Origin: Candidatus Flemingiibacterium sp. | Lineage (GTDB): Bacteria > Bacillota > Clostridia > Oscillospirales > CAG-272 | DNA length: 64,000 nucleotides | Direction of reading: 5' to 3' | NCBI GenBank assembly: GCA_045578725.1 | Contig: JAZNKS010000096.1 | Location: forward strand, 9,423 to 73,422 | Part shown: piece by piece, positions 16,975 through 25,242 of the stretch | How positions within the stretch are numbered: position 1 is the first letter of the stretch | Layout: every line of letters starts with the position of its first letter | Notes under the pieces: generated by a model | What the model was told of the DNA's origin: nothing | The model's input: the letters and a program-made list of their open reading frames with translations, nothing else | Databases searched by the model: none | Program-made: the position numbers and the translations under genes

Positions 16975-18585
16975 ATGAATCCGTCTGCAAGTCCGTCGCA
17001 AAAATGGTTGATGCCCCGCTTTGAAGGCTCCGTGCCGACCGAGCTGTCCGGCGATTATATCCTGCCCGATACCTTCCCCGATGTCAAGCGGATCCTGCGA
17101 ACAACCGCCCGCCCGATGCTCATCAGCCGCTATGCATCCGGCAAGCGGCTGGAATACACAGGCGCCGTCGATTACACCGTCCTCTTTTCCTCCGATGAAA
17201 GCCGGGAGGGTGAGCCGGCCCCCGAAAGCCTGCACGCCGTCCATTTTGCCGAGGAATTCAGCGGTGTGCTGAACGAGATTGCCGGCCTCGACGGCGGTGA
17301 GATTTCCATCGATCCCGTCATGCAGTCCTGCACCGCCCGGCTCCAGAATCCCCGCAAGCTGTCCATCAAGGCATCCCTGACATCCGCCATCTGCGTCGCA
17401 TCCCCGACAGCATTGGCGCCGGTCATCGACGGCCCGATGACCCTTGAAGAGGAGCTGTCGCTGGAAAAGCTGACCGCCGTTCTGCCGACTCTGAAGCAGA
17501 AGCGCTTCCTGGCCGGGCCTTATCACATCAGCGAGAATCTGGAGCCGGACGGCTCCCAGCCCGCGATTGATGAGCTGGTATCCTGCGAGGCATCGATCCA
17601 TTTCAACGAGGCGCGGCCCTCCCTTGACGGCGGTCTGCGGATCGCGCTCAAGGGCGAAGCCGTCATCGACTGCCTTTACATGGCGCAGGGCGAGGCCTCC
17701 GATTGGCGTTCCTTCACCCGGAAGCTCCCGATCAGCGCTTCGGTCGACGGCTCGGAATACGCCGCCTTCTTCGACGGCGCAAAGGAGGAAACGCTTGCGG
17801 CCGCCGTTCTCGGCACCGTCACCGAGGTTTCTGCCGCCGTCGGCGAGAATTCCTATGGGGAGCGGCGGGTGGTCGAGCTGGATCTCGCCTATGAGATGGA
17901 CTGCCGCCTGCTGGCTGATACCGATACGCTGTTCACGATGGATGTTTATGCCACCGATCGGGAAGCTGTCTGCGACCGGCGGATGCTGGAGCTGACCTCC
18001 CTCGGCAAGGTGGTGAACGCCAATTTTTCGGTCAGCGAGAGCTTTGACGGGGACGGTCTTCTGCCCGCCGCCGTGATCGGGGCCAGCGCCGAGGCCGGGC
18101 TTTCCTGCACATCGGCGGATCGCGGCCGCGCGATTCTGACGGGCGAGGCAGAGCTGTCCGTTCTCCTTCGCCGGGACGGCGGCTTTCATCCGGCCCTCTT
18201 CACCCTTCCCCTCAAATGTGAGCTGAATACCGGCGAGATCGGAAATACATCTGTCTGCGAGTGTACCTGCCATGTCACGGATCTGCGCGTTCGCGCCGAT
18301 TCGGGACGGCTGCTCTGTGATTTCGAGGTCGCCCTCACCGCCGTTTTTCTGAAGAAGCACCGCATGGAAGCGGTGGAAACGGTACACTGCGATCGGGAGG
18401 CCTCCCCTGCCTGCGAGCCGGCGGGCGGGATCACGCTCTGCTATCCGTCGGAAGGCGAGAGCCTCTGGTCGATCGCCAAGCGATACAAAACCACGGCGGC
18501 GGCCATCGAAGCGGCTAATCCCGATGCCGCCGACAGCCGCGTCCTCTTTATTCCCCGCCGCACGCCGCTCGGAAAGGTCATATAA
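16975..18585 (+). CDS. DUF3794 (SPOCS) domain protein with a C-terminal LysM domain
   Basis: GGAGG precedes the ATG. YILPDTFPDVKRIL and repeated beta-rich modules are typical of DUF3794. The C-terminal CYPSEGESLWSIAKRYKTTAAAIEAAN is LysM-like. Confidence 0.7.
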   Translation: MNPSASPSQKWLMPRFEGSVPTELSGDYILPDTFPDVKRILRTTARPMLISRYASGKRLEYTGAVDYTVLFSSDESREGEPAPESLHAVHFAEEFSGVLNEIAGLDGGEISIDPVMQSCTARLQNPRKLSIKASLTSAICVASPTALAPVIDGPMTLEEELSLEKLTAVLPTLKQKRFLAGPYHISENLEPDGSQPAIDELVSCEASIHFNEARPSLDGGLRIALKGEAVIDCLYMAQGEASDWRSFTRKLPISASVDGSEYAAFFDGAKEETLAAAVLGTVTEVSAAVGENSYGERRVVELDLAYEMDCRLLADTDTLFTMDVYATDREAVCDRRMLELTSLGKVVNANFSVSESFDGDGLLPAAVIGASAEAGLSCTSADRGRAILTGEAELSVLLRRDGGFHPALFTLPLKCELNTGEIGNTSVCECTCHVTDLRVRADSGRLLCDFEVALTAVFLKKHRMEAVETVHCDREASPACEPAGGITLCYPSEGESLWSIAKRYKTTAAAIEAANPDAADSRVLFIPRRTPLGKVI

Positions 18586-18590
18586 ACAAA

Positions 18591-18622
18591 AAGGTGCCCT
18601 GCTTTGAACTGCAGAGCACCTT
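18591..18622 (+). terminator. Terminator-like hairpin after the DUF3794 gene
   Basis: AAGGTGCCCTGC-loop-GCAGAGCACCTT with one mismatch. Confidence 0.5.
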
Positions 18623-18662
18623 CTTGATTGAATGCCGGCAGGATTCCCCGCCCTCAAAGAGG

Positions 18663-18690
18663 CATCCCGCAGACCGGAGTCTGCGGGATG
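18663..18690 (-). terminator. Terminator-like hairpin after pyrB
   Basis: CATCCCGCAGAC-cgga-GTCTGCGGGATG forms a perfect 12-bp stem 6 nt past the pyrB stop. Confidence 0.6.
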
Positions 18691-18695
18691 AAGGA

Positions 18696-19766
18696 TTATT
18701 GCGAAATCGAATGGTCGCAGTAGCAGCAGCGCTCCTCGCCGCCGATTACCTTGGTCAACTTTGGCAGATACTTCTCATGATTGGAGATGCAGCGCGGATT
18801 CTGACAGAAGGCCTTCTCGGGGAGCGGATACGCGGGGCCGCGGCCGGTCTTTTCGGCATCGATCAGACGGGCAATCAGCGCCATGCGGATGTACATACCG
18901 TTCTCCGCCTGCTCGAAGTACTGCGTTCTGGGATCGTCGTCCACATCGTAGGCGATCTCATCCACCTTCGGCAGGGGATGAAGCACCGCCAGATCCGGGG
19001 AAGCCAGCGCCATCTTATCGGCGGTCAGGCGATAAACGCCGGACTGTCTGGCATACTCCTCCTGGGAGCGGAAGCGCTCCTTCTGGATGCGGGTCATATA
19101 GAGAATATCCAGCTCGCCGATGCATTCCTCCAGCGTATCGCATTCGGTGAAGCTGTTGCCGGCCGCCGTCAGCTCGGAAATGACATAGGCGGGAAGCTTC
19201 AGCTCGGGCGTGGAGATCAGAACAAAGCGGTTATTCTTAAAGCGGGCCATGGCGCGCAGAAGCGAATGAACCGTGCGGCCGTTGAGCAGGTCGCCGCAGA
19301 AGCCGATGGTCAGCCCCTCCAGCGTACCCTTGCGCTCGTAGATGGTCATCAGGTCGGTGAGCGTCTGGGTCGGATGCAGATGGCCGCCGTCACCGGCATT
19401 GATGACCGGCACACGGGAGTAAAGCCCGGCCGCATAAGCCGCGCCCTCAACGGGATTGCGGATAACCAGAATGTCCGAATAGGCGCTGACGATCTTGACC
19501 GTATCGCGCAGGGTTTCGCCCTTGGAAACCGAGCTGGATCCGGGATCGGAGAAGCCGATGACCTTGCCGCCCAGCCGCATCATCGCGGTCTGGAAGGACA
19601 TCTGCGTGCGGGTGGACGGCTCATAGAACAGGGTTGCCATGATCCGGCCCTTGCAGACATCGCGGAACTGTGCGGGATTTTTCTTGATGCGGAAGGCGAG
19701 GTCGCGCAGATCCTCCCATTCCTCCAGCGAGATATCGTTGAAATCAATCAGATTTCGGATTTTCAT
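18696..19766 (-). CDS. pyrB: Aspartate carbamoyltransferase catalytic chain with a fused C-terminal PyrI-type zinc domain
   Basis: FYEPSTRTQMSF, HPTQ and HPLP are ATCase motifs. The extra C-terminal ~50 aa, CQNPRCISNHEKYLP...RCCYCDHSI, matches the C-x4-C...C-x2-C zinc domain of the regulatory chain. Confidence 0.85.
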   Translation of the reverse strand: MKIRNLIDFNDISLEEWEDLRDLAFRIKKNPAQFRDVCKGRIMATLFYEPSTRTQMSFQTAMMRLGGKVIGFSDPGSSSVSKGETLRDTVKIVSAYSDILVIRNPVEGAAYAAGLYSRVPVINAGDGGHLHPTQTLTDLMTIYERKGTLEGLTIGFCGDLLNGRTVHSLLRAMARFKNNRFVLISTPELKLPAYVISELTAAGNSFTECDTLEECIGELDILYMTRIQKERFRSQEEYARQSGVYRLTADKMALASPDLAVLHPLPKVDEIAYDVDDDPRTQYFEQAENGMYIRMALIARLIDAEKTGRGPAYPLPEKAFCQNPRCISNHEKYLPKLTKVIGGEERCCYCDHSISQ

Positions 19767-19805
19767 GAGATGCGATTCCCCTTTCAGCGGGATATTTGGG
19801 ACTTC

Positions 19806-20225
19806 TTATTTAACAACACCCTTCTTGAGGATCAGGTTGGCATACAGAGCCGGCTCGCCGGTCGCGATGACGCAGTAAGCCTTCTCGGCGCGCTCATAGA
19901 ATGCATAGCGCTCGATGAACTCCACATCCTCCTCGGTGTGGGGAGCAACCAGAGCCCTGTAGGTATCCCAGATGGGGGTTTCAACGGTATCGCCGGGAAC
20001 CTTCGCCATCAGATAAACCGGCTTTGCATAGGTGTCCAGCGGGAAGAGCTCGAGGATGGCTTCGACCAGTTCGGGAGCGCCGTGACCGTCGGCGCGTACA
20101 CAGCGCTGACCGATCCGCTCGGACGGGAAGTTGCCGTCCGCGATAACCAGCTCATCGCCGTGGCCCATCTCCATCAGAATCTTGACAAGCTCCGGGGAAA
20201 GGATTTTCGGAATTTTCTTTAACAT
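19806..20225 (-). CDS. fucU: L-fucose mutarotase (RbsD/FucU family)
   Basis: SPELVKILMEMGHGDELVIADGNFP...YAFYERAEKAYCVIATGE...YANLILKKGV is collinear with E. coli FucU as I recall it. Confidence 0.85.
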   Translation of the reverse strand: MLKKIPKILSPELVKILMEMGHGDELVIADGNFPSERIGQRCVRADGHGAPELVEAILELFPLDTYAKPVYLMAKVPGDTVETPIWDTYRALVAPHTEEDVEFIERYAFYERAEKAYCVIATGEPALYANLILKKGVVK

Positions 20226-20267
20226 GACAGTTTCTCCTTTATGAAAAATATTTTTGACAGAATGATT

Positions 20268-20795
20268 TCAGTCCTCCCGCGCCAGAACCCTGGAGGCGAT
20301 CAGCGCCGCCGTCCGCTGGGGGAAGGTGTTGAAGAAGGAATGCTCGGCCGTGGAGCGGTAGATCGGATAGCGCTTGCCAAGCAGCCGCTTGTAATTCTCG
20401 ATGTCGCCGTTGATCGGCGGACGGCTCAGAATTTCGCTGTCCTTGCCGATGCTCTCCACGCTTCTGCGGAGCCAGATAACGGTGGTCTGCGCCTTCAGGA
20501 CGGCCCGCGAGCGGGCAAAGGTCGGCACACCGCCGCCGCAGGAAAGAATCGTGATCCCCTCCCCCGATTTTGCTTCATTTACAACATCGCAGAGGGTTTC
20601 GTATTCCAGCACGCGGAAGGCTGCCTCGCCCTTTTCGGCGAAGATGGTCTTGATGGGGCCGTATCGACTGACAATCACCGCGTCAAGATCGATGAATCGG
20701 GCATCCAGTTTTTTTGCGAGGAGCTTGCCCACACTCGTCTTGCCGCAGCCGGTCATGCCGATCAGCGACAGAATGTTGTTTTTGATCCCGGTCAT
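20268..20795 (-). CDS. aroK: Shikimate kinase
   Basis: It has the Walker A motif GMTGCGKTSVGKLLA, followed by FIDLD and FRVLE. Confidence 0.85.
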   Translation of the reverse strand: MTGIKNNILSLIGMTGCGKTSVGKLLAKKLDARFIDLDAVIVSRYGPIKTIFAEKGEAAFRVLEYETLCDVVNEAKSGEGITILSCGGGVPTFARSRAVLKAQTTVIWLRRSVESIGKDSEILSRPPINGDIENYKRLLGKRYPIYRSTAEHSFFNTFPQRTAALIASRVLARED

Positions 20796-21373
20796 AAGTA
20801 CTTCCTTATATATTCATCCGACAGTATCGAACAGGTTCCGATGTCGCGGTAGCCTCCCCGGATGTAAAGCGAGGAGCGGCGCACGCCTTCAAAGGCCATG
20901 CCGCACCGTTCCATCACGCGGCGGCTCTTATCGTTGCCCATCATGTAGCGGGCCTCGATCCGGTGGACATTCAGCTGCATGAAGCCGAAGGACAGCACGC
21001 AGGCTACCGCCTCGGAGGCAAGCCCCCTGCCCCAGTACGCGGGGTTCAGCACATAGCCGATTTCAGCGGAATTGTTGGTGAAATCCAGCGTTGTGAAGCC
21101 GCAGGTGCCGATCATTTTTTTCTGCTCGCGCAGAATGAGCGCCCAGTCATAAAATTCACCGGCCCGGTAGCGGGACTGAATATATTCCAGATACCCCAGT
21201 GTCTGCTTTTCATCGGTATGCGGCTCCCAGAGCAAATACTCGGTCACCCTCGACTGGCAGGCATATTCATACATATCCCGATAATCGGAAGGCTTCATCC
21301 GACGAAGCAGCAGGCGGTCGGTTTCCAGCGTCGGAATCTTTGAAAAGATCCGCCCAATCTGTTCCTTTTTCAT
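20792..21373 (-). CDS. GNAT family N-acetyltransferase (RimJ/RimL-like)
   Basis: ETDRLLLRRM...IGYVLNPAYWGRGLASEA...HRIEA is the typical pattern. I chose the start MKKEQ at 21373. Its stop overlaps the aroK start (ATGA). Confidence 0.8.
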   Translation of the reverse strand: MKKEQIGRIFSKIPTLETDRLLLRRMKPSDYRDMYEYACQSRVTEYLLWEPHTDEKQTLGYLEYIQSRYRAGEFYDWALILREQKKMIGTCGFTTLDFTNNSAEIGYVLNPAYWGRGLASEAVACVLSFGFMQLNVHRIEARYMMGNDKSRRVMERCGMAFEGVRRSSLYIRGGYRDIGTCSILSDEYIRKYL

Positions 21374-21526
21374 CACACAGCCCCTCCAGCTTCCGTCGCG
21401 GGCGACAGTTGTCGGCCCTTTCCTATCATTATACACCATTTCTCATTATTTTGCAAGAGCTGTGCCGAAGTTTTCCGCATTTTTTGCAGCCGGCAAAAAA
21501 AATCCGAATTTTTTTCAAAAAACCCC

Positions 21527-21555
21527 TTGACAAAACGGAAAGGATCGTGTATAAT
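21527..21555 (+). promoter_or_regulatory. Sigma-A-type promoter of the rrf2-rubrerythrin unit
   Basis: TTGACA (21527-21532), a 17-nt spacer, then TATAAT (21550-21555), preceded by an A/T-rich block. Confidence 0.65.
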
Positions 21556-21592
21556 TAAATCGTACCAAAAAGGTATAGATTGAGGTGCCGAC

Positions 21593-22033
21593 ATGAGAAT
21601 CACTCAGGAAGCAGACTATGCTCTGCGCATCACCTACACACTTGCGGCAAACGGACGGCGCATGGATGCCCGATCGATTGCCGCGGCAACGGGAGTCCCG
21701 GAGCGGTTCACGGTCAAAATACTCCGGAAGCTGAATCTGGGCGGGCTGATACGTTCCCAGAAAGGCGTGGCCGGCGGATATGTTCTGAACCTCCCCCCGC
21801 AGGAAATCAGTATGCGGCGGGTGGTGGAGATCATCGACGGACCGCTGCTTCTCTCACGGTGTCTGGAGGACAGCTATGAATGTTCCCGCACCGGTGCGTG
21901 CAAAAAAAGCTGCACCTTCCACCGCATTTTTGAAAAGCTCAACGAAACGCTTCTTGAAAAGCTGGATCAGGTCACGCTGGATACTGTAATCGACGAGGGC
22001 ATCCCAACCGAAGAAATCCTGTCAAAAATTTAA
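21593..22033 (+). CDS. Rrf2 family transcriptional regulator with a Cys cluster
   Basis: [18 protein letters not shown]...[15 protein letters not shown] is an Rrf2 wHTH. The Cys residues in [20 protein letters not shown] suggest Fe-S ligation. Confidence 0.85.
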   Translation: MRITQEADYALRITYTLAANGRRMDARSIAAATGVPERFTVKILRKLNLGGLIRSQKGVAGGYVLNLPPQEISMRRVVEIIDGPLLLSRCLEDSYECSRTGACKKSCTFHRIFEKLNETLLEKLDQVTLDTVIDEGIPTEEILSKI

Positions 22034-22058
22034 TTCATTTATCACGGAGGAAAAAATC

Positions 22059-22604
22059 ATGGCAAAGTACATCTGCAAAATCTGCGGCTACGTTCACGAG
22101 GGAGATGCTGCTCCCGAAAAATGTCCCCAGTGCAAGGCTCCCGCTTCCAAGTTTGAGGAGCAGAAGACCGGCGAAATGGCATGGGCTGCCGAGCACACCG
22201 TAGGAGTTGCCGCAGGCGCTCCCGCCGAGATCATCGAAGGCCTTCGCGCCAACTTCACCGGTGAGTGCACCGAGGTTGGTATGTATCTGGCAATGGCCCG
22301 CGTTGCACACCGCGAGGGTTATCCGGAAATCGGTCTGTATTGGGAAAAGGCCGCTTACGAAGAGGCTGAGCACGCCGCAAAGTTTGCCGAGCTGCTGGGC
22401 GAGGTCGTAACCGACTCCACCAAGAAGAATCTCGAAATGCGCGTTGAGGCCGAGAACGGCGCAACCGCCGGCAAGACCGATCTTGCCAAGCTTGCCAAGG
22501 AGCTGGGTCTGGATGCCATCCATGACACCGTTCACGAAATGGCTCGCGACGAAGCAAGACACGGCAAGGCTTTCGCAGGCCTGCTGGCTCGCTACTTCGG
22601 CTGA
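22059..22604 (+). CDS. rbr: Reverse rubrerythrin (N-terminal rubredoxin, C-terminal ferritin-like domain)
   Basis: The CKICGY...CPQCK rubredoxin knuckles come first. The E..EH di-iron motifs follow ([17 protein letters not shown]). Confidence 0.85.
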   Translation: MAKYICKICGYVHEGDAAPEKCPQCKAPASKFEEQKTGEMAWAAEHTVGVAAGAPAEIIEGLRANFTGECTEVGMYLAMARVAHREGYPEIGLYWEKAAYEEAEHAAKFAELLGEVVTDSTKKNLEMRVEAENGATAGKTDLAKLAKELGLDAIHDTVHEMARDEARHGKAFAGLLARYFG

Positions 22605-22618
22605 GTATAGGAATCAAA

Positions 22619-22646
22619 CAGGAGCGGTCCGCCGCTCCTGTTTTTT
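22619..22646 (+). terminator. Intrinsic terminator after rbr
   Basis: CAGGAGCGG-tccg-CCGCTCCTG followed by TTTTTT. Confidence 0.8.
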
Positions 22647-22664
22647 GAGAAAGGGGTTTTTTCC

Positions 22665-23006
22665 GTGAAAACCATCGATGTTTACCGTCAGTATTTTTCC
22701 GCCGCCTGCACCTATAACGGGGTGGAGCGCCGCGCGGCGCTGGTCTGGCTGACAGCTGAAAGCGACTGCGGCACCATCCGCTATGAAGCAGGCGTGACCT
22801 TCTTCCCACATCGCGAGGAAACCGATTACGGCGTCAGCTACGATGCCTGTGCATCCAAGGAGCTTCTTCGCACAAACGGCCGCCGCTCCAAAAAGCGGGA
22901 TGCCCAGTACCTGGCTGAGCTTCGCGGTGCGGTGGATGCGCTTTCCGCCGGCCTTGGCGGAACCGTTTATTGGGACAAGCCGCTTCGTGAGGCTCAGTAC
23001 GGCTGA
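22665..23006 (+). CDS. Hypothetical protein, 113 aa
   Basis: GTG start behind AAAGGGG. Coding-like composition. No family recognised. Confidence 0.45.
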   Translation: MKTIDVYRQYFSAACTYNGVERRAALVWLTAESDCGTIRYEAGVTFFPHREETDYGVSYDACASKELLRTNGRRSKKRDAQYLAELRGAVDALSAGLGGTVYWDKPLREAQYG

Positions 23007-23101
23007 TCCGGATCCGGTGAACGAAAATAAAATTTGAACGGGAAGCGCGCGAGGGAGGCTCCTTTGATGCGCATTTCAATTTCGATGTCCGCAATCTGAC
23101 C

Positions 23102-23125
23102 GGCGCGGGGCTTGCGCCCCGCGCC
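23102..23125. terminator. GC-rich hairpin between convergent genes
   Basis: GGCGCGGGGC-ttgc-GCCCCGCGCC. Confidence 0.5.
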
Positions 23126-23145
23126 TATAAAATCACTGCTTTTTA

Positions 23146-23676
23146 TTATTCCGTTTCCTTTACAAAACAAGGTTCACCCGCAAACGCATCTGTTAAAGCA
23201 CCACATTCAGGGCATACGCATAGATAATATATTGTATTCTCAATATTATCTGCATCTGTATCAATGTACAATTCTACCACAGACTGCATTTCATTTATAT
23301 ACCATTTGATAATCGGAAAAGAATTAACTTCCCCGTTCTCAGACAAATTGACTGTTCCTGTCTCATCTGCATTTAATTCAAAGTTTAGCAAAGATTTTTC
23401 GAGTTCCTTATCTTTTTCATGCCTTACCCATACACCAGTCAAACATTCCGCATCTAAAGTAACGACTATGGCTTCTTCTGTAGCATTGTCACTTGATACA
23501 TTATCAGTCGATTCGATGGTTTCCTTTTGCGAATCACTTTCGCTTGTCTCTGTCTCACTATTGGTAGTTTCGTTTGTCTGCGGCTCGTTATTGCTGCTCG
23601 TTTCTTCATCCCCGTCACAAGCAACAAGAGAGAAACACATTACCGCCGCCAAAAGCAGCGCGAAAATTCTCTTCAT
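23146..23676 (-). CDS. Hypothetical lipoprotein encoded in a low-GC islet
   Basis: MKRIFALLLAAVMCFSLVAC is a lipobox. An acidic S/T/E/N-rich linker follows, then a ~110-aa C-terminal domain ending CVCPECG...EPCF. Local GC is clearly below the flanks. Confidence 0.7.
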   Translation of the reverse strand: MKRIFALLLAAVMCFSLVACDGDEETSSNNEPQTNETTNSETETSESDSQKETIESTDNVSSDNATEEAIVVTLDAECLTGVWVRHEKDKELEKSLLNFELNADETGTVNLSENGEVNSFPIIKWYINEMQSVVELYIDTDADNIENTIYYLCVCPECGALTDAFAGEPCFVKETE

Positions 23677-23706
23677 TATTTTACTTCCTTTCAGAATTAC
23701 AGTGAT

Positions 23707-25044
23707 TCAGTCACAGCGAACCTCGGCCGTACCGTCCTCGCGGTACAGAATCCGGTCACCCGCACAGTTCAGCCCTTCAATATAGGCAAGATATTCCTCC
23801 TTCGAGGCAAAGAGCGGCTGATAGTCAGCCAGAATCTTCCTTGCGCGCGCCGCCCCGTCGGACAGCAGGAGCAGGAGCATACCGAGCTGCCACTTGGCCG
23901 AATCCACGCAGGCCGCATCGGGATCGACAATTTCATAATCGTTTCCGTGGGATTTGCCTGCGGCACCGCCCGCGTAGGGATGGATAACCGGCATCAGGCC
24001 GGACAGATCCCCCATATCCGTACTTCCGGAGCTGATGCGATCGTTGACACGCATCTCCCGCTCCGGGATGACGGCCGCCGCCGCATCCGCCGCCAGAAGA
24101 CGCATTCCCTCATCGTTCTTCAGCGGGCCGTATCCGGGCACATCGATGATCTCGATGTTCGTGCCGACGGACAGCGCCGCCCCGGTCAGCGCACGGTTGA
24201 CCTTTTTGTTGGCCTTCACAATCGCATCGAAGCTGCTTCCGCGCACATAGCTCTCCAGCGTGACCGTTTCCGGGATCGCGTTGACCATATCACCGCCGCG
24301 GGTGATGATCGGATGCACGCGGATGATATCCGGCTCGGCGAAGGTTTCGCGGATGGCATTGACGGCGTTGATGCCGCAGGTGGCGGCGTAGAGGGCATTC
24401 CGACCGGCCCACGGCGATCCGCCCGCATGAGCGGCCGTGCCCTTATAGAGAATCTTCTTGGTGATACAGCCGACCGAGCCTCCTGTGATGACAAAGGATG
24501 ACGAGGTGTGTACCATGAAGGCGATATCCACGCCGTCAAAATAGCCGCGGGCGAGGAATTCGGTCTTGCCGCCGAGATAGCGGATTTTCCCCTCATCGCG
24601 CAGGCGGCTGCGGTATTCAATCTCCAGCAGCTCCTCGGCGGGAACGGCGCAGAGACGGATCCGGCCGCATAAGCCGTCCAGCATTCCATCCTCCTTCAGC
24701 GCGGCGGCAATACCGAGCAGGGCCGCACATTGGGCATTGTGGCCGCAGGAATGGACCGCGCCGGTCACAGGATCGGCATCCTTGTGCGCGGGGCAGATGA
24801 TGGAATCCAGTTCCCCCATGACAAGAATCTCGGGGCCGGGCCGGCCGGTATCGATAACGGTATAGAAGCCGGTGATGCCGTCGGCATAGGTGAGGCTGAA
24901 GCCGAGGGCTTCAAACTGCTCCGCCATGTAGGCCGAGGTCTTGTATTCCTTGAAGCCGGTTTCCGGATGCGACCAGATCCGCCGCTCGGCCTCCAGAATC
25001 AGCGCGCGATGCTTTTCCACCGCTGTAACGATTTTTTCTTTCAT
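23707..25044 (-). CDS. M20-family amidohydrolase / peptidase
   Basis: IWSHPETGFKEYKTS...HSCGHNAQ...AEE is typical of M20D amidohydrolases. Confidence 0.8.
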   Translation of the reverse strand: MKEKIVTAVEKHRALILEAERRIWSHPETGFKEYKTSAYMAEQFEALGFSLTYADGITGFYTVIDTGRPGPEILVMGELDSIICPAHKDADPVTGAVHSCGHNAQCAALLGIAAALKEDGMLDGLCGRIRLCAVPAEELLEIEYRSRLRDEGKIRYLGGKTEFLARGYFDGVDIAFMVHTSSSFVITGGSVGCITKKILYKGTAAHAGGSPWAGRNALYAATCGINAVNAIRETFAEPDIIRVHPIITRGGDMVNAIPETVTLESYVRGSSFDAIVKANKKVNRALTGAALSVGTNIEIIDVPGYGPLKNDEGMRLLAADAAAAVIPEREMRVNDRISSGSTDMGDLSGLMPVIHPYAGGAAGKSHGNDYEIVDPDAACVDSAKWQLGMLLLLLSDGAARARKILADYQPLFASKEEYLAYIEGLNCAGDRILYREDGTAEVRCD

Positions 25045-25156
25045 AATTCAATCCGGCGCGCGAATGTGCGCCGCCTCCTTGCTTTGAAGATACAATCAGT
25101 ATGTGTATATTATAGCATGACAATTCCTTCCTGTCAAGAAAATTTCGCCCCGCCTC

Positions 25157-25185
25157 TTGACAAAGTGCCGCTTCTGTGCTATAAT
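25157..25185 (+). promoter_or_regulatory. Sigma-A-type promoter of the GH36 gene pair
   Basis: TTGACA (25157-25162), a 17-nt spacer, then TATAAT (25180-25185). It is followed by the partially palindromic GGTAAGCGTTTTCC (25194-25207). Confidence 0.6.
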
Positions 25186-25242
25186 GCCAGTAAGGTAAGC
25201 GTTTTCCTAAACGTCTCAAACTTTCCGAAAGGAAGCATTGTT

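Noticed and set aside
24730-25242. Upstream extensions of ORF-track starts. These are 24730 for GH36, 12614 for the GHL6-like gene, 29938 for mutY, 31607 for SBP-1, 47547 for the 331-aa protein, 56169 for trpS, 59048 for DUF1273, 40941 for ABC-1 and 15890 for AraC.
   Set aside because: The extensions overlap neighbouring genes, promoters, a terminator hairpin or the tRNA gene. They translate to non-protein-like sequence. Internal ATG or TTG codons with GGAGG-type RBS give N-termini that match the family or the signal peptide.
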